Shown piece after piece: positions 28,804 to 50,792 of a DNA stretch of 64,000 nt. This DNA is from the human T2T-CHM13v2.0 reference genome, Homo sapiens. The position numbers and the translations under genes are program-made. The notes under the pieces were generated by a model that saw only the letters and a list, made by a program, of their open reading frames with translations, did not search any database and was not told where the DNA came from. Position 1 is the stretch's first letter. Every line of letters begins with the position of its first letter. The stretch lies in assembly GCF_009914755.1 (NCBI RefSeq), contig NC_060933.1. One strand, 5' to 3'.

Positions 28804-31024
28804 GTATGTATGTGTGTGCATGCACACATCTGTGTGCTGAATGTGCTATATAAATTCTCTGAAGCAGATTTTCAGTTGTTACTGAAGTATGTGTGCTCCA
28901 TCAGGGACAAAGGTACACAGTTCTAGCACCTTCCACCAGTGTGCATGCTCAGATTTGAAGTGAGTGTACACTGTGCCCAGAGGCTGTCTATGATGCCCCA
29001 GTTGGTCTTTGCATTTACTCCAGGCACGCCTTGCACACCAAGGCACACTGGGGATAAGAGGGCCACTCTGTGTCCCTGGAGAAGCTCTAAGCCAGTGCTG
29101 GGAACCTCTGGAGGCCTTGAACCTGCCTTCACCTGTCCTGCTCCTGCCACCCTAGCCTGCGGGTGGGGATGGGGGCTGCTCAGGGTTCCCAGAGCGAGCT
29201 GTGCCTGAGGTCTGGTCCTCACAGTTTGTCCCCTCTTTTTGAAAGCCACAGTGGTGGGGATTGCAGGGTCCCTCCCCGTTCCAATATGTCCCTTGAGCTG
29301 ATTTTGGCCATGGCCTGTGGGCAGGGGCCATAGGCCCACAGGTTTACCTGACTGACACAGATTTGGTACAGGGTGTCCCAAGGTACCTGGCCAGGAACTC
29401 GGGAAGGCATCCCCATCTGATGAGGAAGCCACATAGTGGTTAGAAGCGGCCCTGAATTGCAGCTCCTGACTTATACACAGTCAGTTTTCTTGTTGAACTG
29501 ACTTTCCTCATCCCGCCCTGCCCTGTGGGGTTGGGGTGACTCTGCTCAGCAGTTGTCTCAGTGGGTGTGTTGTCACAGGGGCGCTGTCCTCATGCTCCGC
29601 ATGTGGCTCTGGGATAGGGCGCCCCATGCTGGTGCAGCAGGAGGGGCAGTAGACCTCCTTGCCCCTCTGTGTACCTTTGCTGGTGACCTTGGCACGGCCC
29701 CACGTCTCTGGCCTCAGTTGCTTCATCTGTGAAGTGAGGGCCCCGCCCCACGAGAGAGGAGGTACGCAGGTGTAGCCGGGGGCCCCTGGCCTCAGTGAGC
29801 GTCCTTGGACAGGAGTGCAATTGGTGAAATAATGACCATGCAGACAGGTGACGGGGAGGACGCCCCCACCCTGCCAGCAGTGCTGGGCCCCTGCTGGCTC
29901 CCCTCCGTGGCACCCTGTCTCTGTGGGCTGCCTCCTTTTCTTTGATCTCCTCAGCCAGCCCTGAGGCCTCTCCCAGCTGCAATTTCACTGCTGCTGCATA
30001 ACCACGGGGCTGCCTCACGCTCCTGCCTGAGCCGCCGCTGTCCTGGACCTTCATTGCAGCCTCTCCTTGGAGCCCAGCCCACACTCGGTGTTCCTCACAG
30101 GTGGTGACCTAAGGGCAGGCAGGGAGCTCTGCTTGGTGCAGAAAGCTCAGCTCTGGAAGTTTCCTCCCTAGGTCCCACTTGGCTCCCCCATGGAGTAGAT
30201 ATAACTGCCTCCATTTCCACAAGGCCTTCCAAGGCAGGGAAGGCACTTTGTGAACTCTGGAGCCCCTTGCTCCCTTGATATCCACACCTCCCCAGGTAGT
30301 AGCAGGCCCAGCAGGAGGGTGATGGTATTCACAGTCACTGAGGCTTAGGATTGTTGGGGGGTCAGGAGGGTCTGGGCTGTCACTGGGGGTGTCTTTTTTC
30401 CAACTCCTTTACCCTCTGGGCTGAACATCTCAGCACACACACCTCTAGGGCCGGCCTTGGCCCCCTTCCCATCTCAGCTCTTAAGAAGCAGGGGCTCCCA
30501 AGCATCTATCGCTTGGGTAACACCTGCTCCAGCACCCCCAGCCTTGCACGGAGCCAAGATACTCAGTGAGTGCTTGCAAACTGCAACAGGAGGGCAGGTT
30601 GGAGCTATCTATGGCCCTGGCATTGCCTGGCTCAGGCTGGCACCAAGAGGGCAGGAGCATGGGCTGAACTGAGCCTTCTCTGTTGATAGTTATGAAGGCA
30701 GATGCATCCACCTCTCCTTCCAAGTTGCTCTGAAGCTGAGCAGCCAGTGTGACAAGGATGGGAGACTTCATCTGCTCGCAGACACTCCCCCTGTGCCCAC
30801 TGTGTGCTGGGCCCAGTACTGGGCATAGGGGACACACAGGGATGAGCCCAGGGTCTGTTAGGAGCACGAAGCCAGCCTGTGAGTGTGTTCTGCCCGTGAA
30901 CAAGCACCTACCGCACCAGATGGCTTTGCCCTGAGAAAAGGCCCAGCAGAGTCTGGAGCAGACAGTGTGCATGTGCCAACCTACATCCCACAGCCACCCC
31001 ACAAGGCCCGTGTGAGCCTTTCTC

Positions 31025-31140
31025 TAGTAAAGACGAGGCACAGAGCTGTCAAGTAATTTGCCCAAGGTCACACAGCTGGAAGAGGATTGGCCAAAACAGA
31101 TTTGAACCCTGTTTGTTGCTCATCTGTGCCCGATGCTTCC
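31025..31140 (+). mobile_element. MIR fragment
   Basis: gaggcacagag...aagtaatttgcccaaggtcacacagct...gatttgaaccc core. Confidence 0.7.
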
Positions 31141-32430
31141 CTCAGAAGTCCTGGCTTCTGGCCTTGACTCTGTCGGATTTTGCCAAGTTTCCATAATGTC
31201 CACTTGAATTGTGGGCAGGGAGATTGAACACAATGCGAAGATTCTTTGCAAATAAAAGGTCCCAGCCCCACCCAGCCCTTCTCCTTCGTGTTGGTAGCAG
31301 ATCCTGCTCAGAGACAGGCATTGTCACTGGGTGGGCATTAGCTCCCTTTGTCCCCACAACCACCGAGACTCAGGAGGATGACACATGGCCTTCTAAGGCC
31401 CCCATCCCCTGCGCCCCCCACCTTGCCTTTGTCTGTGAAGGAAGGGCACAATACGGGCCCTGCCTGGCTCTGCTCTTGAATTCAGTCCCTTCACTGCTCA
31501 AGGGTCAGCCTGTGTCAGACTCAGCCAAGCAGCCCCCGAGGAGGGCATCTCCAGGCCCCAGTGGCCTCCCTTACCCCAGCTGCTCTTCTCTGCCTGGTTG
31601 AATACAAGGCTGGGAGCTAGGGACTTAGCGGGGTGGAGAGGAAATTGCTTCCCTCCCCTTAGGGACTTGAAGTCCAGTAGAGGTGTGTGTGTGCGCATAG
31701 GGCTTGTGGTCCAGTAGGGGTGTGTGCATGTATATGTACATATGTGTGTGCCTGCATTGTTGCATGGGCGCATAGTCCACTAGGAATGTGTGCACATGTG
31801 CTCACATGCACATGTAAAAAGTCCAAGGTGTGTGTACCTCGTGCCCCAGGAGAAGGTGTGACCTGGGCAGTGTGAGGAAGTAGGTGGGGTAGACAGGCCC
31901 AGGGTTGGCGGTGGTCAGGGGAGGGCTGGAGTGTGGCCAGCACAGAGGAGTGGGGATGTGCACCACCTGGGGAGGTGGGGAGGAGACGGAACAAGATGGT
32001 GGGACCTGACCTGCCCCTGTCTGTGGCTGTGGCAGTTGGGGTGATGGAGGTCCCAGTAGGGAAGTGACAGAGTCCAGCTGTGGAAGCCATGGGATGGTGA
32101 GGCCAAACCGTGGCTGAGGACCTTTTCAGGAGGTGCCTCTCTGGTGGTCTCTGCAGACTCAGGGCCTGAATGAGGAGGGGTCCTGGGAGACCCCAGCTTC
32201 TGGGTCAGGGAATGGAGGACACTGGTGCCATCCATGGTGAGGTGTGGGATGGGAGAGGACACGAGGTCGAGGTGGGGGGTTGACTCCTCCCTATGTGCAT
32301 GGCAGGGTGGGGGTGTCATCAGTCTTGAGAGGTGAGCATGAGCCCAGCAATGCTGGGAGTTGTTAGTAGGCTGGGTGGGCCAAGGTTCTTAGGGGAAGTT
32401 GTGGAGCCCTGCTGGGGCTGCGCTGTGTGA

Positions 32431-32721
<291 letters not shown>

Positions 32722-33149
32722 TAGCCTGCACCAGCAACCCAAAGCTCCCTGCAAATGGGCCAACCTCTCCTTCCCTTGGTCAGCACTTCCCTGGGGGTGG
32801 GGGACAAGTATTGGTGACCTTTCTCCCGCTGGGTGGAAGGGACCTCTCTCCCAACCTGAGTATGCCCAGCACATGCCAGGTACTCTCCTGAGCCCTTGGC
32901 TCCCAGTCCTTCCTCTGCCCACAAGCATGCTCCCATGGCGCAGGCAGGCGTTGTCCTCATGTCTCCTTCTCAGAGACCCCCAGTGCCCACACTCTTTTTC
33001 TGCATGAGGGCAGAGGACAGAATTCTTGGCCACAGGAAGGACACAGCCGGGAGCGGCTCCTGGTGAGAAAGGAGCTGTTTAGGGGAGGCACCTCTGAGCT
33101 GCCCTGCAGCCGTTCATGAGCTGGAGTCAGTTTCTGTTTGTCACACAGC

Positions 33150-39130
<5,981 letters not shown>

Positions 39131-40153
39131 GTGTCTATTGACTGACCCTCTTGGTGGTTCACCTCCTTCTGTGGGGCATGGTGCTTCAGAGGGGTCACAT
39201 TCCATTGGGACTAGTATGTCCTTGGCTGCTGTCCACCTACAAGACGGTTTGTGTTTGCCTTTTGCTAAGGTTTTATGGTTTTCACAAGATTAGTTCCAGA
39301 TCCAGTTTGGGGTTCCCAACCGATGGGTTTAGTGCAAGTTTGGAACTCTCACTGCTAGGACGTTGGCATTGGGATTCATCAAGGACAATTTTCTGCCTGT
39401 GGCCCAGGTGGATGGGAGGCCTTCCCTGTTGCTTTCAGAGCTTCCTTTGCATGGTCTGTATGCCTCGAGCTTCCCACACGGTTGCCTGTACACATTCTTT
39501 CTTCTTCCTCACCGTCTAGTCCCCCCTGGTTTATCCTTAACGCTATTCCCATGTGATCAAAGCCAGTGGACATTCTTCAGTTCTAATCTTAACTGCCCTC
39601 TTGGCAAAATTAGGCATTGCAGCCCTCTAGATCCTTGAAGTCTTGTCCTTTGTTGGGGATGGATTTCCTCCCACCTGCCTGCTTCCTGTCCTGTTAACTG
39701 CTCTCCTTGAGGCTTTTCTGGGGACTCAGCTCCACAACTTCTTTAGCTCTTCTGAGCTTGTGGCCTGTCTATCCAACTGGCACATCCCTGGAGAATCTGA
39801 CAGGTATCTTAGACCACATGTGTCCCCAGATCAGATCTGTCCCTGTCCCCAGCTCCTGCCCCTCCACCGTGGGCCCTCTGTAAATGGCCCCGCCTCTGCC
39901 CCCACCACTCACAACAGTCTCCTGGCCGTCCATATTTGCCTCTTCCTGTTCCCTCCCACTTTCTCAGCTATCACTAGACTTACTGATCTCCTGAACCCCC
40001 TTGGCCCTTTCCCTGCCCCCTAGTCCAGGCATGGTGCCCTGAGCCTCCTGATGCTCTCTGTGCCCCCACTCTGCCCTGCTGCAGGCCACTGTCCGCACAG
40101 CAATGGACAACCCGCAGACTACACCACTGCCCTGCTTAGAATTCCAGAGGCTC

Positions 40154-40454
40154 GGCTGGGCGCGGTGGCTCACGCCTGTAATCCCAGCACTTTGGAAGGC
40201 CGAGGTGGGTGGATCACCTGAGGTCAGGAGTTCGAGACCAGCCTGACCAACATGGTGAAACCCCATCTCTACTAAAAGTACAAAATTAGCCAGGCATGGT
40301 GGCACATGCCTGTAATCCCAGCTACTCAGGAGGCTGAGGCAGGAGAATTGCTTAAAACCTGGGAGGCAGAGGTTGCGGTGAGCCAAGATCACGCCATTGC
40401 ACTCCAGGCTGGGCAACAAGAGAGAAACTCCATCTCAAAAAAAAAAAAAAAAAA
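40154..40454 (+). mobile_element. Alu (AluSq/Sx-like)
   Basis: ggctgggcgcggtggctcacgcc...poly(A); aattccag..gctc flanks. Confidence 0.93.
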
Positions 40455-41661
40455 ATTCCAGCAGCTCCCAGTGCTGCTGGTGTGCAAAGAATTCTGGCGG
40501 CTCCCAGTGCTTCTGGTGTGCAGCGGGAGCCCTCCAGCTGCGGCTCCTGTCATTCTCACACCTGCCACTGTCTGTCCGCGTCAGAGGCCTTGGGTGGTGC
40601 ACTCCTCCCCTCGGCCCTGTCTTGCAGGGTGCTCTTTCCCCTGTTCCCTGCTGTCCTCCTCCCCAGCGCTGCTCACAACTGTGCCCATCCCATAGAAGCA
40701 TGTCCCCAGGGTCACCAAACAGAGGCTGTTCTAGCGGGCCCTGTGGACCACAGCTGCCCAGGGGCCTCTCAAGGAGCAGGAGGCAGCCTGGGGCATGGGC
40801 TGGGGCTGAGGGCTCTGGGTCCAGCTGTATGGCCTTGGGCAGACCACACTTCCCCTGGGCCTCATGTCCCTGGGAGGATTCCTAGGGTGTGTAAATGCTC
40901 TGCCAAGGTCATTTTTCCCCTTTGCCTGTGGGCCCCTCTCGTCTGCCTCTGGCCCTGTGGTGGTGGCCATGTCTAGTAGGGAGCAGGCCAGGACAGGATG
41001 CTCTTGTCCGGTTCCTTGGGTTGTCACCGCACATGCCATTCATCCTTGCCAGCCAGGGGCCTCCTCCTGGCCCTGCCCCTCTGCTGCTTCCTCTGGGCAG
41101 GAATGTGGGGACAGGCTAGGCAGGGCGAGAGAGAGACAGAAGGAGACCTGGTTTTCACCCCTGTCCTCTCCACATGGCTTTGTCCAAGGTCTTCCCAATA
41201 TCAGAGCCATCTTAGTGGCTCTTGTTCCTGAGCTGTGATTCGGTGGCCCTGCCGTGGGGAGGCACCTAGCCGAGAAGGGGTACAAGGGAGGTGCAGTGGA
41301 GGAGCTGCCCCCGTCCTCACCTATGGGTCAGCCCGGGTGCCGGTGGTTGGGGAGCGACCTTGCTCAGGCCCAGGCGCCTCCTGCCTCTCTGTCTTGTTGG
41401 GAAGGACAGGCCCTTGTCACCTCTTGACATTTCCATGTGACACGTGAGACCCCATGTCCCTGCTCCCCCAAACAGTGGGGTTCTGGAGTCAGCACGGCAT
41501 CTGCCCTGGCTGCTCTATCGTCCCATTTGTGGCACCACGGCCAGGCCTCCTCCTGTGGCTGTGGGAGGTGGGTGGCCAGACCCAGGCTCGCCTCTCCAGC
41601 ACCGAGGCCCTGTCCACACCTGTCCCGGTGCAGGAGGCCTCGGGCCCAATGTGGCCTCTGA

Positions 41662-41994
<333 letters not shown>

Positions 41995-43659
41995 TAGTTC
42001 AGACCCTGCGTCCCACTGAGATGACATATGACCTGGCAGGTCCCTTGCCCTCCCAGATACTCTGACTGCAAAGTAGGGGCTGGTCTGGGAGACCCTTTGA
42101 TTCTGGCAGCTATGAATTGCATTACTGTGGGTGCTACATGACACTGCCATGCCTGGGAGGCCCTGGTGGTGCGGGCCCATGTTCCCATCCTGGCTGCCTG
42201 ATTAGGGGCCTGGCCTTCCTCATCTGTACCATGACCTGCCCCCACGGCACCAGAATCTCCTCGTCTGGATTCCGTCTGGGTTCTAGCCAGTGCCATTGCC
42301 ATCAGCAGTGCCCATTTCATGTCCCCTTGCAGCTCCAGAGCTACTGGGGTTAGGTGGGCACTTTTGGGTAGAGGAAGCACCTGTGGGGGTGCCGTTCAAG
42401 AGGCAGTGGCAGGGAGAGGCCAGCACACCTAGCAGTGACCCTGACAGGCCAGTGGCCACATGGCCAAGCATGGAGGCCCACATGGTTGCAGGGCTTCAAG
42501 GTGCTCATGGGGGATGCCTGGGTGGCTGGCACGAGGAGGAAAAACCCTGAACGGGCAAACCCCCAGGACAGAAGGTGGGCAGGCAGGCACACTGGCCTCT
42601 CAGTGCTGGGGCTTCCGAGACGACTGGCCCCACCACTCTGAGGCTCACTCTCTTCCTCTGTGCACCCTTCGTGGGGTGTGTGCTGGAGGTGAAATGAAGT
42701 CACCTGTACAAGCCTCTGGGCACACAGGGGCACCCACCAGGAGGCCATCAAGTTCAATTTCAGCAGGGGGCTGGGGCCACAGCTTTTCTCGGGAGCCACA
42801 TGGCCACCCTGGGGCTACCGAGACTGGGCTCCCAAACTCGTCATGAAGAGGAAGAGCGAGCACCCTGGTAGCTGTCAGACATCTCGGAAGAGGGGCTAGA
42901 AAGTGCTTGTCCCGGGACCTGGGGTGAGGGTGTTGGGTGTCCATGCACAGGGGCTGATTCTGTGGGGTTCTTACTGAGGAGGAGGGCAGGCTGGACATAG
43001 TTGGAGCTGTGGCACTAGCTCTGTGGCTGATCCTGCCCTGAGCCGGGATCCAGCCCCTGGTCTCGCCTGTGCTCAGCTTTACCGCAGGTTTGCCTGAGAG
43101 GGGGCCATGGCCATCAGGTGGGCTGTTTCTGTCTTGCTGCACAATGCTGGTCAGGCAGCCTTGTGGACCCCAGCTGTAATGTTCATGCTTGCCAGGCCAG
43201 TGCTCTTTCTCACCTTCCCAGACCCTGGCATGGTGCACACAGGATAACAGCTAATATATAGTGAGGGCCTGCCTAGTGCCAGGCATTTTTCTAAGCTCTT
43301 CCCACGTAGGAGCTAATTTCCTCCCTTCCACAGCTCTGAGAGCTGGGTCCTGCCCTGCCACCAAGGCCCTGGGCTCACCTAATCATGCGGGTGGGGCCTG
43401 GTTTTTCCCCTGGCCGTGTTCCCTCCACAGCTGTCCCTGCAGAAGCAGGGAGGAGATGGTTCGTCGTTTGTGTTGCTTCTATGTCTTTCTTTTTCCTCTT
43501 AATTTTTTTTTATGATGGAACTTTTTAAATACACACAAAATTAGAGAAACAGTAAGCCCTCATGCACTCAGCACCAGAAACAAAAGCCACCAGCTTTCAG
43601 CCAGTTTTCCGTTTCCCCACTTTTTTGTTCTCTTTGTAGTATTTTAAAAGGAATTCTGA

Positions 43660-43950
<291 letters not shown>

Positions 43951-44764
43951 TTCTTTTTATATACATCATTTTACCCATAAAAATTCTAGTACATAGCTCT
44001 AGCAGACAATTTAAAAAATATATAATCACAGTTCTATCATCGCACTCGATAATATTAACAGTAATTCCTTGGTGGCACGTAAGACCCAGTTTAATTCTTC
44101 CCAGTTGCCTCAAAAGTGCCTTTTTACATTTGGCTGTGGAATCCAAATTAGACCCCCACATTGCATTTGGTTTTTATATCCCTGAAGTCTCTTTTCTTCT
44201 GACAGCCCCATTTCATTCTATCCTGTTGGTTTGTTGGAGAGAAGGCCATGTTGGTCCTGCAGAATGTCCCACATCCAGGATTTGGTTGCCAGCGTCCCAG
44301 TGGTGTTGCTGAGCAGGTCTCTCTGTCCCGGGTGTTTCCTATAAACTCGTGGTTAGAGGCTTGCTTGACTTGCCTTCAAGTTTTTGGTGGGACTCCCTCT
44401 GGGTGGGAGTGCTTTCATCTGTGGGGAGGCCTGTTGTGCCTGGCCACACTCTTGCAGTGATGCAGACAAGGCCAGTGGCCCCGGCATCCACCTCATCTGT
44501 CCACACTAAACCCCATGGCCTTGCAGTTTGTGGTCAGAGCAGCCATGGAGAACTATTGCAAAGGGCGACTGGCAATTCTGTCCTCCTCCCTCTATCAGTC
44601 ATGAGTCTTTTATAAAGAAATTTTCCTCCTCAGCTCATCTGGTTATCCTGAACTTTTCTTTGTCAACTACAGAAAAGGCTTTTCCCTTTATCAGTCTGCC
44701 AATTCTCAGAGTAATGAATTGGTACCCTAGAAATGCAGGGGTTTTGATAGCTTAATTTTTAAAA

Positions 44765-44877
44765 TGTAGGTATGTCTCATGAATTACTTGGAACATAACA
44801 CTAAAATGTATTTGCTGTTCATCTGAAATTCAGGCAGGCCAGGCATCCTGTGTTTTTATTTGCTAATCTGGCCACCG
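44765..44877. mobile_element. MER53-like hAT DNA transposon, one arm
   Basis: tatgtctcatg...catctgaaattca...ggcatcctgtgtttttatttgctaatctggccacc resembles the MER53 terminal arm. Confidence 0.6.
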
Positions 44878-45026
44878 TCGCTGAGGCCTGTGACCTGGCC
44901 GCCTCACAGCATCACCAGGTCAGAGGAGTGGTCAGAGTTGAGCCAGGGGAAAAGCAGGCAGGTGAAGCTCGACGTTGGCACCTAGAGCCTCCGCATCCAG
45001 CCCCTGGCAGCTCCTGCTGTGTGTGA

Positions 45027-45266
<240 letters not shown>

Positions 45267-45619
45267 TGAGTGCTACCACCCTGGGGGTGTGGGGGCTGGG
45301 GTTGGGGCAGGGGCGCTGTGCCGTCCTTGGTAGTCGCCTGAGAAGCACAGGTCGAAGGTATCAGAGTCTGGAATACTGCACATGGCACACACTGATTTTT
45401 ACTGTTTCTCTCTTTTAAATTTTTTCCTTTTTTTTTTTTTTTTTTTTTTATAAGACTGGCCCACAGCTGACTGTTTCTCTTTTAAAGTATGAAGGTGACG
45501 TATTGAGAACAATTCAAACAAAAATAAGGAGCAAAAAGGCAAAGCCTCCTCTGGTCTTGGCCCTGCCCATCCCACTCCTCAGAGAGAACCATTGGTAACA
45601 ATGTGTAGTTTTTTCCAGA

Positions 45620-46490
45620 ATGCACACACTCATGACACACTCAGACACATCTATGACACACCCACTTCCGGACACACAACATTCACGCTTACTCATGGAC
45701 ACACCAACACTCATGACACCCACTCGTGGACACACTCATGACACACTGACTCATGGACACTCCAATGCATGAGACATTCATGACACTCTGACCCTCACAT
45801 TCGCTCATGGACATACCCATGACATGCTCACCCATAGATATGTCACACACCTGCAGTCATGACACACTCATACCTACTCACAGACACCAACGTGTGGTGC
45901 AGTCACACTCATGGACACACTTGTCAACACACTCGTGACACAACACACCAACACTCATAGACATACTCATGACACATTCATAGACATGACACACTAGTGG
46001 ACACATGGACACACATGACACACACTCAGTACTCACCAACACGTGGTACACTCACACGGACACACTCGCCAACACACGACACATTCACAACACACCGACA
46101 CTCACCCATGGACGTACTCATGACACATTCATAGACACGACACACTAGCAGACACATGGACACACACTTAGCACTCACCAACACAGGGTACACTCACACA
46201 TGGACACACTCGCCAACACACCTGTGACACGTTCACAACACACCGACACACTCACATGACATAGACATGCGATACACCCACGGGCATTCATGGACACACT
46301 TGTGGGCACACTCATACACAGACACTGACACACTCAAACACAACAATAGACTCATGACACGCTTATGACACACACACATCCCTGACACACTGAGATACTA
46401 ACTCACTGGCACACTCATACTCCTAACACCCGCATCCCTGGCACAGTTACTAACACCTGCACACACCCGTGTAGACGCCTACACTCACAC
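45620..46490. repeat. CA-rich low-complexity tract with ~151-bp internal duplication
   Basis: cacactcatgaca motifs; tactcatgacacattcatagaca at 45964 and 46115. Confidence 0.92.
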
Positions 46491-46962
46491 ACATGAGATC
46501 CTGCAGGGGCGGCTGCTGTGACCTGCCTCCCTGCTTTCCAGGCAAGGCAGGCCCCACACAGATACACCTTGGTTGGCCCGGTCCCCCTGAGTTCCTGGCA
46601 CTAGTTGTCGTCAGCCCTGCGGTCACTGGGTGGGGCATCCTCTGTCAGGGCTGACCTACACCAGCCTGGCTTCCTGGTGGCAGAGATGCTGGCCCTGCAC
46701 TTTGTGGCTCTGACCTTGTTCTCCCCCCAGGCTGTCAGCTCGGGTGTGGTCAGTGCCTGCCCTGGATCCACCCCTCACCCCCGCTCCATCACATCACCTC
46801 TGCCCTCCAGCTGGCCCCTGGGAAAGATCCAGAACACTCACTCACCGTAAGGCGCGGGTGGCTAAGGATGGCTTTAGTCTTCATCGTTTCCGTCATGCCT
46901 ACTTCCTGAAAGCACATAACACGTGCAAAGGGGCAGGTAGGGAGAAACAAAAGAATTATCTA

Positions 46963-47292
<330 letters not shown>

Positions 47293-48335
47293 TCAGCTTA
47301 ATTTACTGCCCTGCCTGGGTTGAGGGGTTCTCACAGAGAGATGTCTAGGCTATGGAGCTAGGGAGAGATGGTACTTTGGCCTGTGGTTTTCTGTTGGGCC
47401 TTTCAGGGCCACCCCTTTGCCTCCTGTTTCCACTGGCCCAGTCCGTGGATCATTAGGGGGTTGTTTGCAACTTTTGTTGGGCACTTACCTACCAGAGCCT
47501 TCACATGGGCTTGGGTCGGGTCCATGGAGTGGGCTCTGCTTCATCATTAAGTCTGTCCCCAAGGATGTTGGCCAAGCAGGTAAGGTCAGGCCTGACACCA
47601 TGGGCTGTCTGGGGTAGCTCTTGGGGCCTGCTGCCTCAGGGGGGCCCACAGTGACCAATGTACCCCCAGACCGGAGAGATGCCTGCTCTGTGGCAGGTCT
47701 AGGGTGATGTTCCCACTGCTGGTAATTCAGATACATGTCACATCTGGTCTCTTGCTCATGGTGGCCTTGCGTGTCCATGGGGGCTTTGAGGACCTCCTCC
47801 CGCCAACTCAGAGAAAGGTGTGGCTTGCACCTAAACAGGCCAAGCAAGGGAAAGAAGGACGTTTGAGGGTGTGGTGGGAGGCAGGGACAGCCTGGCCCCC
47901 TGTGGTGTGTGGTGTTTGAAGGACATGGCTGGAGATGGGTCATGAGGGCCCTTGTGGCAGGGAACCCTCTCCTGTGGGCCGTGATGTGCCCAGACTGCTG
48001 AGGTTTCAGAGGTTGGCAGTGGGTATGAATGGGGGCAATGAGGACTCCTGGAGGATGGAGAAGGGTGCTAGTTTGGAACGTGCTGGAGATTTAAAGGTGA
48101 GGTCTGTGACTGAGGCTAGTGGGATTGGGGCGGCAGGACTCTGCTTGTGATTTGTGACAGTCTTGTCCGGGGACAACTTGTCTAGGTTGCTGTGGCCTTC
48201 GAGTAGAGACAACAGCACTTGCAGATGGGATGACAGAGACATGACAGACCCTGTCTTCCTGGAGGCAGCAAGAACCCCCAGATCTGGTTCTTAGTGGCAG
48301 CTGAAATGTCACTGCACGGGTGCTGTTGAGCTTGA

Positions 48336-48636
<301 letters not shown>

Positions 48637-49177
48637 TAGTTTGACATTTTTGATGAAATTTAACACGTTTTATCCAGGACAGTGACATGTCATTGAATTG
48701 AAGGCTGCCTCTGCATCTCCCTATCTTCCCTGGATATGAGTTGGCTGGATTTGACAGTGACTTGACGTGGCCAGGGGTCGTGGGCACCCTGTTGTCAGCT
48801 CTGGAGAGCAGTGGCTGTTATCCAGGTGACGCCAGAGGTGCCGGGCTGAGTGTGAGAAATGATATCTACGCTTCAGCCCAGTGTGCCACAGCACATGGCA
48901 CGTGGCCAGTCTGGAAAGACTCGCTTTCCAGTTCCCAGGAAAGGAGGTTCCCTCTCAGGGGTAGATGGTTTTGGGGCCTTCTCATTATCTTCTGGGGGTG
49001 GAGGCCAGCGTCAGACCCAGTCTCCTGCCAGGGCCACAGCCAGCGCCTGGGCTCATTCCGTCCTCTGTGATCCTGTTTGCTCCTCTGTGAAATGGGAGCT
49101 GTGACCCGTGGCCCGCAGGTGGTGAGAGAGCATGGGACATGCCTCACAGAACATGTTTCCCACTGCAGGGGAAATAA

Positions 49178-49453
<276 letters not shown>

Positions 49454-50116
49454 TGACCCATCTGCAGGATTGTCTGCAGTCCCCACAAGCCCTGATTGGC
49501 CAGGATGCGACTCCCCAGAGGGCCCCTGGACTGTCCATCCCTGGGACAGGAGGCCTCTGGAGACATCTCTGGGTGGAGGGGCAGGGGTGCATGTGGGACC
49601 AGAGAACCGCATGAGTGTCTCCTTGTTCTGATGGGATTCAGGCTCGTTAACAATTGGGTGAGGCCACCAGGTGACCATGCACTTAGAGGAGAAAGGGGAA
49701 TGTTGCAAAAACATCCTGGAAGAGGGGCCAGCCATAGCCAGGGCCCCGCACAGGAGCCAGGGGGCAGGAGAGGGGCATCTGAGTGGGCAGGGAAGGCTAG
49801 GAGCCTCATCATCGAGGCTGAGAGAGGGAAGCCAGAAGAAAAATGAGACGTAAATAGCAACAGAAACAAAGGAAACCCTAAGCTGTGGGCTCCCCCAGCT
49901 GCTAACTGAGCTTCTTCAGACCAGCTGGACCTGGATCTGGGGGCGGGCACGTGCACATGCTGATCCCACCTCTGGGAGGCCTTGAGCAAGTCACTGGGGC
50001 ATCCTCAGAACCTGCCTTGGCCCCATTGCAGTAAGACAGGGGTCTCACTGCTCCTGGTGCAGAACCCCTCCTGGGGCCTGCCATAAGACTGCCTGGGACA
50101 CAGTGGCATCATTTGA

Positions 50117-50792
<676 letters not shown>

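Noticed and set aside
40454-40522. ~36-bp tandem duplication next to the Alu tail; also 11-13-bp duplications near 2490 and 4683
   Set aside because: Ordinary local slippage duplications with no templated junction or functional context.
44765-44877. MER53-like element as a miRNA hairpin source
   Set aside because: Only one arm of the palindromic element is recognisable, so no long hairpin is supported.
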